From contig CAZOMB010000004.1 of NCBI GenBank assembly GCA_964581105.1, positions 672 to 64,671 of the forward strand: a stretch of DNA of 64,000 nt, read 5' to 3'. Source of the DNA: Candidatus Micrarchaeota archaeon (GTDB lineage: Archaea > Micrarchaeota > Micrarchaeia > Anstonellales > Anstonellaceae). Positions 1 through 9,749 of this stretch are shown here, in pieces (position 1 is the first letter of the stretch; every line of letters begins with the position of its first letter). A program made the position numbers and the translations under genes. Under the pieces are notes generated by a model. That model saw only the letters and a program-made list of their open reading frames with translations. It was not told the origin of the DNA and made no database searches.

Positions 1-677
1 CCTTTTTTCCCAATAAGAAGATGAAAGCCCTCTCTTTCCATTGAAAAGCTTTTTCCAAGCCTGCCCTTTTCAATTTGCCTGCAAAGAATATTGATTGCCC
101 TTGGCTCAATCAAATAAGCGCCAGTATTGAAAAGCCCTGTGCCCTTGCCCTGCTTTTCAAGAAACTGCTTTACCCTCATTGATTTTCCCAGCTTTATTTG
201 CCCTTTTCCAATTAGCGAGCCTTTCATTGCAAAAATCGTTGCAAGCGCTTTTTTCCTTTTATGGAACTTCAGGAACTTTTCTAAATCAAGGTCAATATAT
301 GTATCCCCATTCAGAACAAGGCATGTTTTCCTTATCTTTTGCCTTGCCATTGCAAGAGCGCCCCCTGTGCCAAGAGGCTTACTTTCCCTTGAATAGCTTA
401 TTCTCATTCCCCACTTTTTCCCTGTGCCGCAGTATTTTTTGATATCCTTGTGCCTGTATCCTGTGAGAAGCACTGCCTGTTTTATTCCTATTTTTGACAG
501 CTTTTCAAGCAAATGCCCCAAAAAAGGCCTTTTGCCTATTTTCACAAGGGGCTTTGGCACCTTGTAAGTGATGGGCCTTAGGCGCTTTCCAAAGCCGCCT
601 GCCAGTATTGCTGCCATTGCCTTATGCGAAGGTTTTTTTTCGCTTGCCAGAAGATTACCTCTTCCTAAAAGCAGCAT
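1..677 (-). CDS. Sugar-1-phosphate nucleotidyltransferase (NDP-sugar pyrophosphorylase). It is partial: the C-terminus lies beyond the window start. An alternative start is at 617.
   Basis: My own minus-strand translation gives ...MAAILAGGFGKRLRPITYKVPKPLVKIGKRPFL..., which carries the G-x-G-x-R-L-x-P nucleotidyltransferase signature. The frame stays open to position 1. This ORF is not in the supplied track. Confidence 0.6.
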   Translation of the reverse strand, partial: MLLLGRGNLLASEKKPSHKAMAAILAGGFGKRLRPITYKVPKPLVKIGKRPFLGHLLEKLSKIGIKQAVLLTGYRHKDIKKYCGTGKKWGMRISYSRESKPLGTGGALAMARQKIRKTCLVLNGDTYIDLDLEKFLKFHKRKKALATIFAMKGSLIGKGQIKLGKSMRVKQFLEKQGKGTGLFNTGAYLIEPRAINILCRQIEKGRLGKSFSMEREGFHLLIGKK

Positions 678-726
678 TAGTAACTTATTAAACTTGATGA
701 TTTGTAATAGTCAAGAGGCTTTGTAG

Positions 727-2367
727 ATGATTGATGAAAAGGAGCTTGCAAGCCCAAAGGAAATAGCAAAGGGCACAGCCTTTAGCCTTGCAGGAACCAT
801 GGTTTTCAAGCTGTTTTCCTTTCTTTACATAATATATATTGCGCGCGCAGTTTCACAAGGAGATATTGGCCTTTTTTGGCTTGCACTTGGGATAGTTGGG
901 CTTATAGGCGCATGGAGGGACATTGGCCTTCCTGCTGCCCTGACAAGGTATGTGCCTTTTTATGAGAGCAAAAAGCAGGCAGGAAAAATACTCGGGCTTT
1001 TGTACTCGTCATACATTGTAACTATTGCAACAGGCCTGCTTCTCACTGCATTGATGTGGCTTGGGGCTGAGCATATTGGTGCATTTTACCAAAACCCGCA
1101 GCTGGCAGATGCAATAAGGCTGATTTCATCATTCATGCTTCTTGAGACTGTTTTCAGGGTCAATGTCAGCTATTTGCAAGGAAGGGCAGACATAAAGTCA
1201 ATGCAGCTTTCGACAAACATACAAAATGTGCTGCGCTTTGCAATAACTGTCCTGTTTTTCCAGGTTTACGGAGTTTCGCTCTTCACCCTTATTGCAGCAT
1301 TCCTGAGCTCTTACCTTATTGCAATACTTGTTTCTGCGATTTTTGTGCACAGGAAGGTAACAGATTTGCCAAAAAGCAAGGCAACACTTTCCGCAAATGA
1401 GCTTATCAGTGAAATTGCGCCTTTTGGGCTTATGCTAAGCGCTTTGCAGCTTCTTTGGACAATCAGCTCTTATGCTGACAGGGTCATCCTTGGCTATTTA
1501 ATCCCCCCTCTTGAAGCAAGCTCTGCAGTTGCAATTTATTCAATGGCAGCGGCGCTTGCAATAAACATAATGGTATTTCCCGGGGCTGTTGGCTCTATTT
1601 TCATGCCAGTAATCTCCCGCATGTTTGGAAAAAATGACCTTGACTCAATGAGAAAGACGATGGGAACAGCGCAACGCTGGGTGCTTTTGCTCACTATTCC
1701 TGTTGCAATTGTAATGGTTGCATTTTCAGGGGAGATGATTTCCACCTTTTACGGAAGCGCATATTCCCCAGGCTCGATGGTAATGGCAATAATGGTGCTT
1801 GGCTTGCTTTGCTCTGCATTTGTTTATGCAATAATGCTGACCCTTGCAGGCATGAGGCTTGTAAAACTTGAGCTTAAGGTTGCCCTGATTGCAGGCATAA
1901 GCAATGTTGTGCTTGACTTTTTGCTTATACCCTATTTTGGCATTGAGGGCGCTGCAGCAGCATTTGCAATAAGCCTTTCCATATCTGCCATTCTCTTTAG
2001 CCATTATGGGTGGAAAGTCATAAAGTTCAGGACCCCGCCGGGCATTTATAGATTGTTTGCTGCAGGCGCAATAACCCTTGTTGCAGTATTGCTGCTAAAG
2101 CCAGCATTTGCATATGCTGCAACCCAGCTTCCTGCAATACAAATACAAGGGCTGCAGCAGTATTTTGCAAAAATACTTTACCTCGCACTTCTTGGAGTGG
2201 TTTCCCTGCTCTCGTCAATTGTTTTTGCTGCCCTTGCAATTGCCTTCAAGTGCTTTGAGGAACAGGATGCCACACTTGCGAAAAAGTTCTGCAAAAAGGC
2301 AAGAATCCCGAAGTTTGCAGCCAAACTTATTGAAACAGCGCTTCTGAAAGGGGTTGCAAATAAATAG
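727..2367 (+). CDS. Polysaccharide/oligosaccharide flippase, MOP (Wzx/RfbX-like) superfamily membrane protein
   Basis: It is a 546-aa polytopic membrane protein with about 12-14 hydrophobic helices. It lies in a locus of sugar-activation and glycosyltransfer genes. Confidence 0.55.
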   Translation: MIDEKELASPKEIAKGTAFSLAGTMVFKLFSFLYIIYIARAVSQGDIGLFWLALGIVGLIGAWRDIGLPAALTRYVPFYESKKQAGKILGLLYSSYIVTIATGLLLTALMWLGAEHIGAFYQNPQLADAIRLISSFMLLETVFRVNVSYLQGRADIKSMQLSTNIQNVLRFAITVLFFQVYGVSLFTLIAAFLSSYLIAILVSAIFVHRKVTDLPKSKATLSANELISEIAPFGLMLSALQLLWTISSYADRVILGYLIPPLEASSAVAIYSMAAALAINIMVFPGAVGSIFMPVISRMFGKNDLDSMRKTMGTAQRWVLLLTIPVAIVMVAFSGEMISTFYGSAYSPGSMVMAIMVLGLLCSAFVYAIMLTLAGMRLVKLELKVALIAGISNVVLDFLLIPYFGIEGAAAAFAISLSISAILFSHYGWKVIKFRTPPGIYRLFAAGAITLVAVLLLKPAFAYAATQLPAIQIQGLQQYFAKILYLALLGVVSLLSSIVFAALAIAFKCFEEQDATLAKKFCKKARIPKFAAKLIETALLKGVANK

Positions 2368-2413
2368 CAAAGGCAAGCGCACTATATTTATAACATTGCA
2401 CAAAACCTGTTAC

Positions 2414-3778
2414 ATGGCTTTATTTGGAACGAATGGGGTGCGCGGAAAGCTTGATGTTCTCACCCCCGGCCTTGCATTTGACCTTGCTTCTTCATTTGCC
2501 AGCCTGCAAAAGGGAAAAGAGCTTGTTTTGGCAATGGACATGAGAAAAACAAGTTCAATGATGCACTCTGCTGCAAAGGCAGGGATTCTTTCAGCTGGAA
2601 AAGATGTTCTTGACTTGGGGCTTGCCTCATCCCCTGTTTCTGAATACTTTCTTTCAAAAAGCCCTGCCTGCGGGCTGATAATAGTAACTGCATCTCACAA
2701 TGCCCCTGAATGGAATGCCCTGAAGTTTGTTGATGAAAACGGGGTTGCAATTTCACGCGAAAGAGGAGTTGTGATAGAAAAAATGGCGCTTGCAAAAAAC
2801 TATTCAAAAGCAGGGTGGAAAACCGTTGGAAAAACATCTGCTTGCAGCACAGCAACGCATGACCACTCATCAGCAGTGCTAAAGGCGGTTGATTCAGAAA
2901 AAATAAGGAAAAAAAACCTGAAAATTGCACTTGACTTTGGCAATGGCACCTCTGTCCTTTCAAAAAAGGTATTTGAGTCTCTTGGCTGTGAAATAGTTTT
3001 GCTCAATGGCAAGCTTGACGGAACTTTTCCAGGAAGGCCATCAGAGCCATCTGAGCAGAATGTACAGGAACTTTGCAAAGAGGTTGCCAAAGAATCTGCT
3101 GATTTTGGGGTTGCATGGGACGGCGACTCTGACAGGGTAATATTTGTTGACGAAAAGGGAAAATGGATTGTTGGTGACAAGGGGTTTGCAATATCTGCCA
3201 AAAAAGCATGCAAAGAAGATAAGGGAAAGGAAAAATTTGTTGTCACAACAGTTGCAACCAGCAGGGCAGTTGAAGAGGCATGCAAACCCTTTGGGGCAAA
3301 GACAGTTTATACAAAAGTAGGTGCCCCATATTTATCAGAAAAAATGCATGAACTGGGAAAAAAGGCAGCAAGCGGAGGAGAAGAGGTAGGTGGAATAATC
3401 TGGCCTGGCTTTTCAATTGCAAAGGACGGGATATTTGCAGCTGCAAAAATTGCTGAAATGGTCTGCGATTCCCCTCTTTCACAGCTTGTTTCAGAGCTTC
3501 CAATTTACTATAACTCAAAATGCGTGCTAAAAGTTTCACCAGAAAAAAAGAATGTGGTCCTTTTGGCTGCACAAAACCATGCAAAGCAGATGAAGGGCAA
3601 AATAACCTCAGTTGACGGAGTAAGGATAGATACTGATGGAGGATGGGCAATTGTCCGAGCCTCTGGAACTGAAAATGCCATAAGAATATTTGCAGAAGCC
3701 AAAACAATAAAGGCTTCTGAAAAACTGATGCAAGAATTCAAAAAAGTTGCTGAAGAGGAGCTCAGCAAATCCCCTTAG
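2414..3778 (+). CDS. Phosphohexomutase (phosphoglucosamine mutase / phosphomannomutase, GlmM/ManB family)
   Basis: The motif TASHNAPEWNALKF is the phosphoserine loop of alpha-D-phosphohexomutases. GVAWDGDSDR is the metal-binding loop. The N-terminus FGTNGVRG is typical. The likely start is the internal Met at 2414 rather than 2354. Confidence 0.85.
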   Translation: MALFGTNGVRGKLDVLTPGLAFDLASSFASLQKGKELVLAMDMRKTSSMMHSAAKAGILSAGKDVLDLGLASSPVSEYFLSKSPACGLIIVTASHNAPEWNALKFVDENGVAISRERGVVIEKMALAKNYSKAGWKTVGKTSACSTATHDHSSAVLKAVDSEKIRKKNLKIALDFGNGTSVLSKKVFESLGCEIVLLNGKLDGTFPGRPSEPSEQNVQELCKEVAKESADFGVAWDGDSDRVIFVDEKGKWIVGDKGFAISAKKACKEDKGKEKFVVTTVATSRAVEEACKPFGAKTVYTKVGAPYLSEKMHELGKKAASGGEEVGGIIWPGFSIAKDGIFAAAKIAEMVCDSPLSQLVSELPIYYNSKCVLKVSPEKKNVVLLAAQNHAKQMKGKITSVDGVRIDTDGGWAIVRASGTENAIRIFAEAKTIKASEKLMQEFKKVAEEELSKSP

Positions 3779-4127
3779 GGCTTTTGAGTTCAACCTCTTT
3801 TTCCCCAGCGCCAATTTCTTTTTCAAGATTTTGGGCTTTTGTTGATGCATATTCACACAGCTTTCCCTGTTCAACACTCTTTATAATCTCTGAAACATCT
3901 AGGGGCATGTCGAAAAATCTGCCAGCATTTTCTCCCTTATTTGCAAGCCCAATTCTTCTCAGGGCGAGTATTGCCATTTTTGCGTCTTGCTCAACATCTT
4001 CGCTGTCCCTCTGCTCAAGATTTCTTTTTGCTATGTTTTTCAGTATTCTTGCAACCTGGGCTTTTTTCTGGCTAATTGTTTTGTTTATCATAAAAATCAC
4101 TTCCTCTTCAGCAAAAAGAAGAAGCAC
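3762..4127 (-). CDS. Hypothetical small protein
   Basis: It is a 121-aa ORF that overlaps the next gene by 20 nt in operon-like fashion. I recognise no motif in it. Confidence 0.3.
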   Translation of the reverse strand: MLLLFAEEEVIFMINKTISQKKAQVARILKNIAKRNLEQRDSEDVEQDAKMAILALRRIGLANKGENAGRFFDMPLDVSEIIKSVEQGKLCEYASTKAQNLEKEIGAGEKEVELKSPKGIC

Positions 4128-4548
4128 TTGCAGAGGTAAGCGATTGTTTTTCTCCTGTCAGGATTTCAAAGTGCTTAAACTCCTCAGAGACCTTAAAGAC
4201 GAACATTGAAAAGTTCAAAACAATGGAGTGATTCTCATCCAAAACATCGCTTCCATTGTTCTTTGCATAGGTTTGTGCATCTTTGATTTTTACTTCAACA
4301 GAAGCACAAAGCTCTTCTAGGTCATGCCCTGCTGTTTTGACAAGTGCCCCGCCAGATATGTGCTTTTTCACCTTTGGAATTGCCCCATCACGGAGGATTT
4401 CTTTCAACTCTTCAGCGTAACCTATGAAATCCTTTATGCTAACTCTTGAGCCAAGCTTATCCTGAATTTCATACAGTTTTTGGATATGCGGCCTAAATTT
4501 GAATGCACCGTTTTTGCTGAACGGACTGATTTTGTTTTTGGTTTTCAT
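4108..4548 (-). CDS. Hypothetical protein
   Basis: It is a 146-aa ORF with coding-like composition. I recognise no motif in it. Confidence 0.35.
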   Translation of the reverse strand: MKTKNKISPFSKNGAFKFRPHIQKLYEIQDKLGSRVSIKDFIGYAEELKEILRDGAIPKVKKHISGGALVKTAGHDLEELCASVEVKIKDAQTYAKNNGSDVLDENHSIVLNFSMFVFKVSEEFKHFEILTGEKQSLTSASASSFC

Positions 4549-4611
4549 ACTATCACTATTTTCATGTGCTTAATGGTTGAAGCATATGATATGACCTCTT
4601 TTTAAACATTA

Positions 4612-5127
4612 TTGCACAGAAATATACATATGCTCAGATACCTTGAAGAGCACTTTGCAGGCCAGAGGGCAAAGCTGAAGGTTATTGCCTCTCTTCTTAG
4701 GCTTGGGATAAGGGTTGACATCAAGGGAAAGCTTTATTGCGACCAAATAGAGCTTGCTCCAGCAAAGGTTGCAAGAGCCCTTGAAGTGGACAGAAGGGTT
4801 GTTATAGAAACTGCAAAGGAAATTGCAGGCAATGAAAACCTAATGAAGGTATTTGAAGGAATGACCCCTATTGCCAATGTCTCACGCGCTGCAAAGCTGC
4901 TTGGCCATGATGTAATAGAAATCAATGCTGACCCAAATTCCATAGGAGTCGTAAAAAAGGTCTCATCTGTTCTTGCAAAAAACGGAGTAAAGATAAGGCA
5001 GATTATTGCTGATGACCCTGACTTATACCCAGAACCAAAGCTTAGCATAGTTGTTGAGGGAAAACTGCCCCAAAAGGCGCTGTCTTCGCTTCGTGAACTG
5101 AAGCTCCAGGCAATTTCACTTAAATAG
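4612..5127 (+). CDS. Putative ACT-domain regulator (COG2150-like: HTH plus ACT)
   Basis: The N-terminal segment looks like a helix-turn-helix (VARALEVDRRVV). The C-terminal region has a Gly-rich ACT-like fold pattern (VVKKVSSVLAKNGVKIRQI). Confidence 0.45.
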   Translation: MHRNIHMLRYLEEHFAGQRAKLKVIASLLRLGIRVDIKGKLYCDQIELAPAKVARALEVDRRVVIETAKEIAGNENLMKVFEGMTPIANVSRAAKLLGHDVIEINADPNSIGVVKKVSSVLAKNGVKIRQIIADDPDLYPEPKLSIVVEGKLPQKALSSLRELKLQAISLK

Positions 5128-5148
5128 CTTATCAGGCATAGTGGTTTT

Positions 5149-5853
5149 ATGACAAAAGCAATTGTACTTTGTGGAGGCATGGGCACAAGGCTGCGCCCAT
5201 ATACATATACAATGCCAAAGCCAATGCTACCAATAGGGAAAAAGCCAATACTCGAATATGTACTTAACAACATCAAAAGGGCAGGCATAACAGAGGTTTA
5301 CCTTACTGTTGGCTACCTTCATGAGCAGATAGAAAAATATTTTGGCAATGGGAAAAAGCTTGGCATGAAGATACACTATTCTGTTGAAAAGAAAAGCATG
5401 GGCACAGCAGGCTCAATACTGCCCCTAAAAGGCAATTTCACTGGCACATTTGTTGTGAAAATGGGAGACCACTTCTCAAATGCAGACATAAGAAAGATTG
5501 TTGACTTCCACAAAAAGAAAGGAGGGATTGCAACAGTTGCGCTGAACAAGAAAGGCGTCCCCATTGAGTACGGGGTTGCAGACATGAAAAATAATCAGAT
5601 TGTTCGCTTTCGGGAAAAGCCAATAATAGAAAACCTGGTAAACGCTGGAATCTATGTGCTTGAGCCAAAAATATTCAATTACATAAAAGAGGGAGAGGAC
5701 TTTGCGCGTGACGTTTTCCCAAGGCTTTTGGAAAAAAGGGAAAAGGTCTTTGGATTTGTTTTCTCAGACTATTGGCTTGACATTGGAAGGACCACAGACT
5801 ATGAGCAGATAAACCATCTTATGAGCATAATTGACCTGAAAAAAAAGGGATAG
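5149..5853 (+). CDS. Sugar-1-phosphate nucleotidyltransferase (glucose/mannose-1-P NDP-transferase family)
   Basis: AIVLCGGMGTRLRPYTYTMPKPMLPIGKKPILEY is the canonical G-G-x-G-T-R-L signature. The body has a Rossmann-like nucleotidyltransferase fold. Confidence 0.8.
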   Translation: MTKAIVLCGGMGTRLRPYTYTMPKPMLPIGKKPILEYVLNNIKRAGITEVYLTVGYLHEQIEKYFGNGKKLGMKIHYSVEKKSMGTAGSILPLKGNFTGTFVVKMGDHFSNADIRKIVDFHKKKGGIATVALNKKGVPIEYGVADMKNNQIVRFREKPIIENLVNAGIYVLEPKIFNYIKEGEDFARDVFPRLLEKREKVFGFVFSDYWLDIGRTTDYEQINHLMSIIDLKKKG

Positions 5854-5887
5854 GTTTAAAACAACTTTTGCCAGAATCTGCAACTGT

Positions 5888-6448
5888 GTGGTTCTAATGG
5901 TAAATCCTGCTTTGAAAGACCAAAGAGAAATCAGATGCGGCAGCCATCCAACAGTCTTGGCAAAGACTTTCAAGAAATTCAAACTCATGACCTTTAAAGG
6001 AAAATATGCAACTGACGAAAGCCTCACAACATTTAACTTTAGATTAATATTTGATCAAAACTATGGATTTGAGAGCCAGTATGACTCTGATCGCGTCCTT
6101 CTTTTGCTTGGCAAAAGGGATAAAATGCTGATAAAAGGAGGTATTGAAAAAATGAACAAGACTGCGCCTATTCCGAAAGGGGCGAGAAAACTTCTTCTTA
6201 GGGGGAGATGCTATCAGGCAAAAGGAATAGGAAAACTTTATGTTTTCGAGTATTCTGATGATTTTGATAAGATGTTCATGCAAGCTGGAAAAAGGAATGG
6301 AAACCCGCATATAATTGTCAATGATTGTCTTATTGTTCCGACAAGCCAAAAGGCAAGCAATTATGCAGATGGACTTGGCAACTTGCTGACAAACGGGACG
6401 ATTAATGAATTTTTTGTTTCTGCCCTGCCCTCAATGCAAAAGGCATGA
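5888..6448 (+). CDS. Hypothetical protein
   Basis: It is a 186-aa ORF. The start is uncertain and no motif is recognised. Confidence 0.3.
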   Translation: MVLMVNPALKDQREIRCGSHPTVLAKTFKKFKLMTFKGKYATDESLTTFNFRLIFDQNYGFESQYDSDRVLLLLGKRDKMLIKGGIEKMNKTAPIPKGARKLLLRGRCYQAKGIGKLYVFEYSDDFDKMFMQAGKRNGNPHIIVNDCLIVPTSQKASNYADGLGNLLTNGTINEFFVSALPSMQKA

Positions 6449-6463
6449 ATTAGGCTAGATTCT

Positions 6464-8065
6464 TCATCTGTAACAGCCAATATTGTATATGTCAAGTGAA
6501 ACGTCCTTTTTCCTCTCAAGCTCGCCGGCTATCTGCGAAAGCAATGACTTTTTTATTTGTGAATATTTTGAAGGCTCAATTGGAGCATTTCCTATTGCGC
6601 GCTTCAGGTTTTTTGCATTAAAGCAAAACATTGCATCCTGCATGTTTTCGCAGTTGTGGGAAAAGTAAATGTCAGAGCTTTTTTCGCATGAATCGACTTC
6701 AAATGCCCTGGTAAGCCTGTTTGAGTAAAAGGCCCTCATGCAAAATGATGACTCCCATGTTGCGCATGAGCCAAACATGTTTTCAGAGTGCCTTGCCCAC
6801 CAGCTGTATGCACATTTTTTCGAATAAACCACTGCTGATGCCTTGTAGCAGCTTTCTGAGTAGTGGTAGTTTGAACAGTCAATCAGGTTTATGTTTTCCC
6901 CTACCTGGTTGTCAAGGCTGATAAAGCATACCCTGTTCAGCACGTTTGCAAGAACACCAAGGTCAAGCGAGACAGACTCTGCCTTTTCAGTACCTATAGC
7001 CAGCTTTCCGACCTTTTCAAGCTCACCCTCTGTTGCAGCCCTGTCTTTTACATTATAGCTCTTAAATATGGGGGCCAAGTAGCCAGTAAAAAGAACCTGC
7101 TGGTTGCTAAAAGCTGATTTTGCAGCCATATCAACATACACATGCTTTAGCAGGAATTTTGAATAAGAGTCTATTCCTGACAGTTCCCTCCCAAGCAAAA
7201 GAGAGCTTGTCCTTGAAAATGCCTTTTCTATTGGCAGGGTGCTTTTGCCCTCTTGCTTTTGCCCTGTGCCCTCAAGCTTTGTTTCCATTGGCAAATCTGA
7301 GCAGCTTTGCACAATGTCAAAAAGAGAGAATATACTTTTGCCTTTTTCAAGCTTCAAAGCCATTTCAGAGAGAAGCCTTGCTTTTATTGCAAGGTATTTT
7401 TCCTTTGGCATCTCCTGGTTTCCTATTGCATACTGTTTGTTCCTTGCACCAAAGCAAAACATGCAGTTTTGGCAGTTCTGGCACCTGTTGCAATAATAGC
7501 AGTCAGACAGGTTTGCACAGCTGTGGCACTCAAAGCAGCGCATGTTCTTGTACCCGTCTGAGCAGCGCATTATGTGCGATGAATTGCCATCCCCATAAGT
7601 GCCAAACTCATACTCGCTGCTCCTTATGAATTTTGAGTAGGCAATGTGCTTTGAGTCTGAAACTATTGCAGAGCCAAAAACATAGTGGCTGTCAATGACA
7701 TTTGCAGAAGCCTCAATGAATTTTGAATTTCCCAAAATTACATTGCCAGTATAGCAGAGCCTCTCTTTCAGCGCGCCTAAAATTGAATCTATGTCCTTTG
7801 CCTCGTTTAAGCAAATAGGCTGGAATTTTTTCTCAAAATCAAGCTCTTCAAAGCTTGCAAAGCAAGCCCCTTTGCAATAGTCATTTATTCCAAGGCAGAC
7901 TTTTTTTCCTGAAGAGGCTGATTTTTCCTCTCTCAGAGAGCCGGTGTGCTCTGAAAGCCACCCCTCATAATCAGTAAGCTCGCCTAGCTCCTTTCCAAAA
8001 ACAACCCTGCAGGTTGACTTGAATGTCCTGTTTATTGCATCATATGCTGCTCCCATGTTTACCAA
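6464..8065 (-). CDS. Cysteine-rich protein of unknown function with an internal duplication
   Basis: It is a 533-aa protein whose two halves each end in the same motif, MFCFGARNKQYAIGNQ and MFCFNAKNLKRAIGNAP. A dense CxxCxxC run is present (RCFECHSCANLSDCYYCNRCQNCQNCMFC). The flanking sequence has an 8-residue Ser/aromatic periodicity suggestive of a beta-solenoid. Confidence 0.5.
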   Translation of the reverse strand: MVNMGAAYDAINRTFKSTCRVVFGKELGELTDYEGWLSEHTGSLREEKSASSGKKVCLGINDYCKGACFASFEELDFEKKFQPICLNEAKDIDSILGALKERLCYTGNVILGNSKFIEASANVIDSHYVFGSAIVSDSKHIAYSKFIRSSEYEFGTYGDGNSSHIMRCSDGYKNMRCFECHSCANLSDCYYCNRCQNCQNCMFCFGARNKQYAIGNQEMPKEKYLAIKARLLSEMALKLEKGKSIFSLFDIVQSCSDLPMETKLEGTGQKQEGKSTLPIEKAFSRTSSLLLGRELSGIDSYSKFLLKHVYVDMAAKSAFSNQQVLFTGYLAPIFKSYNVKDRAATEGELEKVGKLAIGTEKAESVSLDLGVLANVLNRVCFISLDNQVGENINLIDCSNYHYSESCYKASAVVYSKKCAYSWWARHSENMFGSCATWESSFCMRAFYSNRLTRAFEVDSCEKSSDIYFSHNCENMQDAMFCFNAKNLKRAIGNAPIEPSKYSQIKKSLLSQIAGELERKKDVSLDIYNIGCYR

Positions 8066-8119
8066 TAGAATATGGAATGGGCAGAATAAAATAATAACAT
8101 GGGCATATGCCCTGTTTGC

Positions 8120-8803
8120 TCAGAATTTTTTCTTTAAAAAATCGCGCAAAGCATAAGGCAGGAGCTTTGCCTCAGCCCTTCTCAGCCTTTCCTGCAGGCT
8201 TCTTCTGCTTACCTTTGACACCTTGGCAAGATCCTGGAGGGTTGAACCACGGGGCCATGAATAGTAGTTGTTCATAAGCGCAACCCTGAGGGCTTCTGCC
8301 TGCTTTTTGGTTATGCTTGGAGAATCCCTTTTTCTTGAAAAGTCGCCAATTCTCATGACTTTTACGTCGCCTATGCATGAAAGCTCATTGAGCATTTTCT
8401 GTATGTTTTTCGGGTCCTCTGCAACAAGGTTGTACACCTCATAGCCTGCCTTTGCAAACACAGGGGAGGTTTGTGTCACCTTGTTCTTGAGCACAGCATC
8501 ATAAGTAGAGCTTGTACCCTTAAAGCGAAGAAGTATGAGTGCATTGTTGTGCCCTTTCTCAAGCACGTGCATTCTTTTTGTTGCCTTGTCTTTTTTGACA
8601 TGGTTTAGGTATTCTTCAAGCTCAGAAGGGGAGTTGGCTCCTATTTCCCACATAAGGCTGTAGTCAAGGCTGGCTGGCTTTTTGGAAAGGTAAACAACTG
8701 GGCTAATCTGCTCAAGCGTAATTCCTGGAAATTTTTCTGAGGATAGGCTTGTCTGGCAGTCATGGTGAAAGACACCAATTGTTGCTGCTTTTATTTTCCC
8801 CAT
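8120..8803 (-). CDS. Transcriptional regulator with a C-terminal HTH_10 (bacterio-opsin-activator-type) domain
   Basis: The C-terminal sequence TKKQAEALRVALMNNYYSWPRGSTLQDLAKVSKVSRRSLQERLRRAEAKLL matches the HTH_10 pattern. A TATA-like TTTATATA sits about 25 nt upstream on the minus strand. Confidence 0.6.
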   Translation of the reverse strand: MGKIKAATIGVFHHDCQTSLSSEKFPGITLEQISPVVYLSKKPASLDYSLMWEIGANSPSELEEYLNHVKKDKATKRMHVLEKGHNNALILLRFKGTSSTYDAVLKNKVTQTSPVFAKAGYEVYNLVAEDPKNIQKMLNELSCIGDVKVMRIGDFSRKRDSPSITKKQAEALRVALMNNYYSWPRGSTLQDLAKVSKVSRRSLQERLRRAEAKLLPYALRDFLKKKF

Positions 8804-8841
8804 GATATTCTATTATTTATTACAGTATATAAAGGTTGCTC

Positions 8842-9735
8842 TTATTGTCTTTCTGACAGGATTTCTCGCAAACCCTCTTCAAATTCTATTTTTGGGTAAT
8901 AGCCAAGTTTTTGGCCTGCAAGCGAGATGTCTGGAATGCTCCTTTTTATTTCGCCTTTTCTTTGTGGCATGAATTTTGGGTTTGCTTCCTTGCTTGATAT
9001 TGCTGACATTTTCTCAAGAAGAGACAGCACTGAAATTTCCATGCCTGCACCAATGTTCAAAGGAAAATCAAAGCCCCCTCTTTGCAAGGAAAGTGAAAAA
9101 GCGTTTGCAACATCTTTTGCATGCACAAAATCCCTTGTCTGGCTGCCATCCCCGAAAATAATTGGCTGCCTGTTTGAGGAAATTGCATCTGTGAACTTTG
9201 TGATGACCCCAGAGTAAGGGCTTCCTGCGCTTTGCCCTTTCCCATAGACATTGAAAAGCCTCAATGCGTTGTTTTTCATGCCATAAAGCTTGTTATACAA
9301 AAGAACATATCTTTCAGCACAAAGCTTTGACAAGCCATAAGGTGAAGAAGGCTCAGTAGGATGGTCCTCAGAAATAGGGATTTGTACTGGCTCCCCATAA
9401 ACAGCTGCAGATGATGCATATGAGACTTTTTCTATTCCTGCTGACTTTGCAGCCTCAAGAACATTTAATGTGCCTTGCACATTGACCTGAAAATCTGAAA
9501 AAGGGTCTTCAACTGAAGCATTTACATCAACAAGCGCAGCCAAGTGGATTATTGCCTCAGCCCCTGGAACAAGCCTTGCCAGCCTTGCAACATCAAGGAC
9601 AGAAGCCCTGACAAACTCAGCCTTTACCCCAAAAGGGGGAGGCGCAATGTCAATTATCCTGACAGAATGCCCCTGCTCAGCAAGATGGTTGCATACATAA
9701 GCGCCAACAAAGCCAGAGCCACCTGTTACAACAAT
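8842..9735 (-). CDS. NAD-dependent nucleotide-sugar epimerase/dehydratase (GalE/UDP-glucose 4-epimerase-like SDR)
   Basis: MIVVTGGSGFVGAYV is the Rossmann GxxGxxG motif. YGxSK-type catalytic residues are present. The likely start is the internal Met at 9735. Confidence 0.85.
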   Translation of the reverse strand: MVVTGGSGFVGAYVCNHLAEQGHSVRIIDIAPPPFGVKAEFVRASVLDVARLARLVPGAEAIIHLAALVDVNASVEDPFSDFQVNVQGTLNVLEAAKSAGIEKVSYASSAAVYGEPVQIPISEDHPTEPSSPYGLSKLCAERYVLLYNKLYGMKNNALRLFNVYGKGQSAGSPYSGVITKFTDAISSNRQPIIFGDGSQTRDFVHAKDVANAFSLSLQRGGFDFPLNIGAGMEISVLSLLEKMSAISSKEANPKFMPQRKGEIKRSIPDISLAGQKLGYYPKIEFEEGLREILSERQ

Positions 9736-9749
9736 CATAAAACCAAGCC

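Noticed and set aside
127-442. Two overlapping plus-strand ORFs (89 and 87 aa)
   Set aside because: The minus strand here encodes a clear nucleotidyltransferase (G-x-G-x-R-L motif) that runs off the window. The plus-strand ORFs are antisense artefacts.
2460-3285. Several 60-170-aa minus-strand ORFs inside the phosphohexomutase gene, and similar antisense ORFs throughout large genes
   Set aside because: They are antisense to well-supported genes with strong motifs and are low-complexity. They are typical shadow ORFs.
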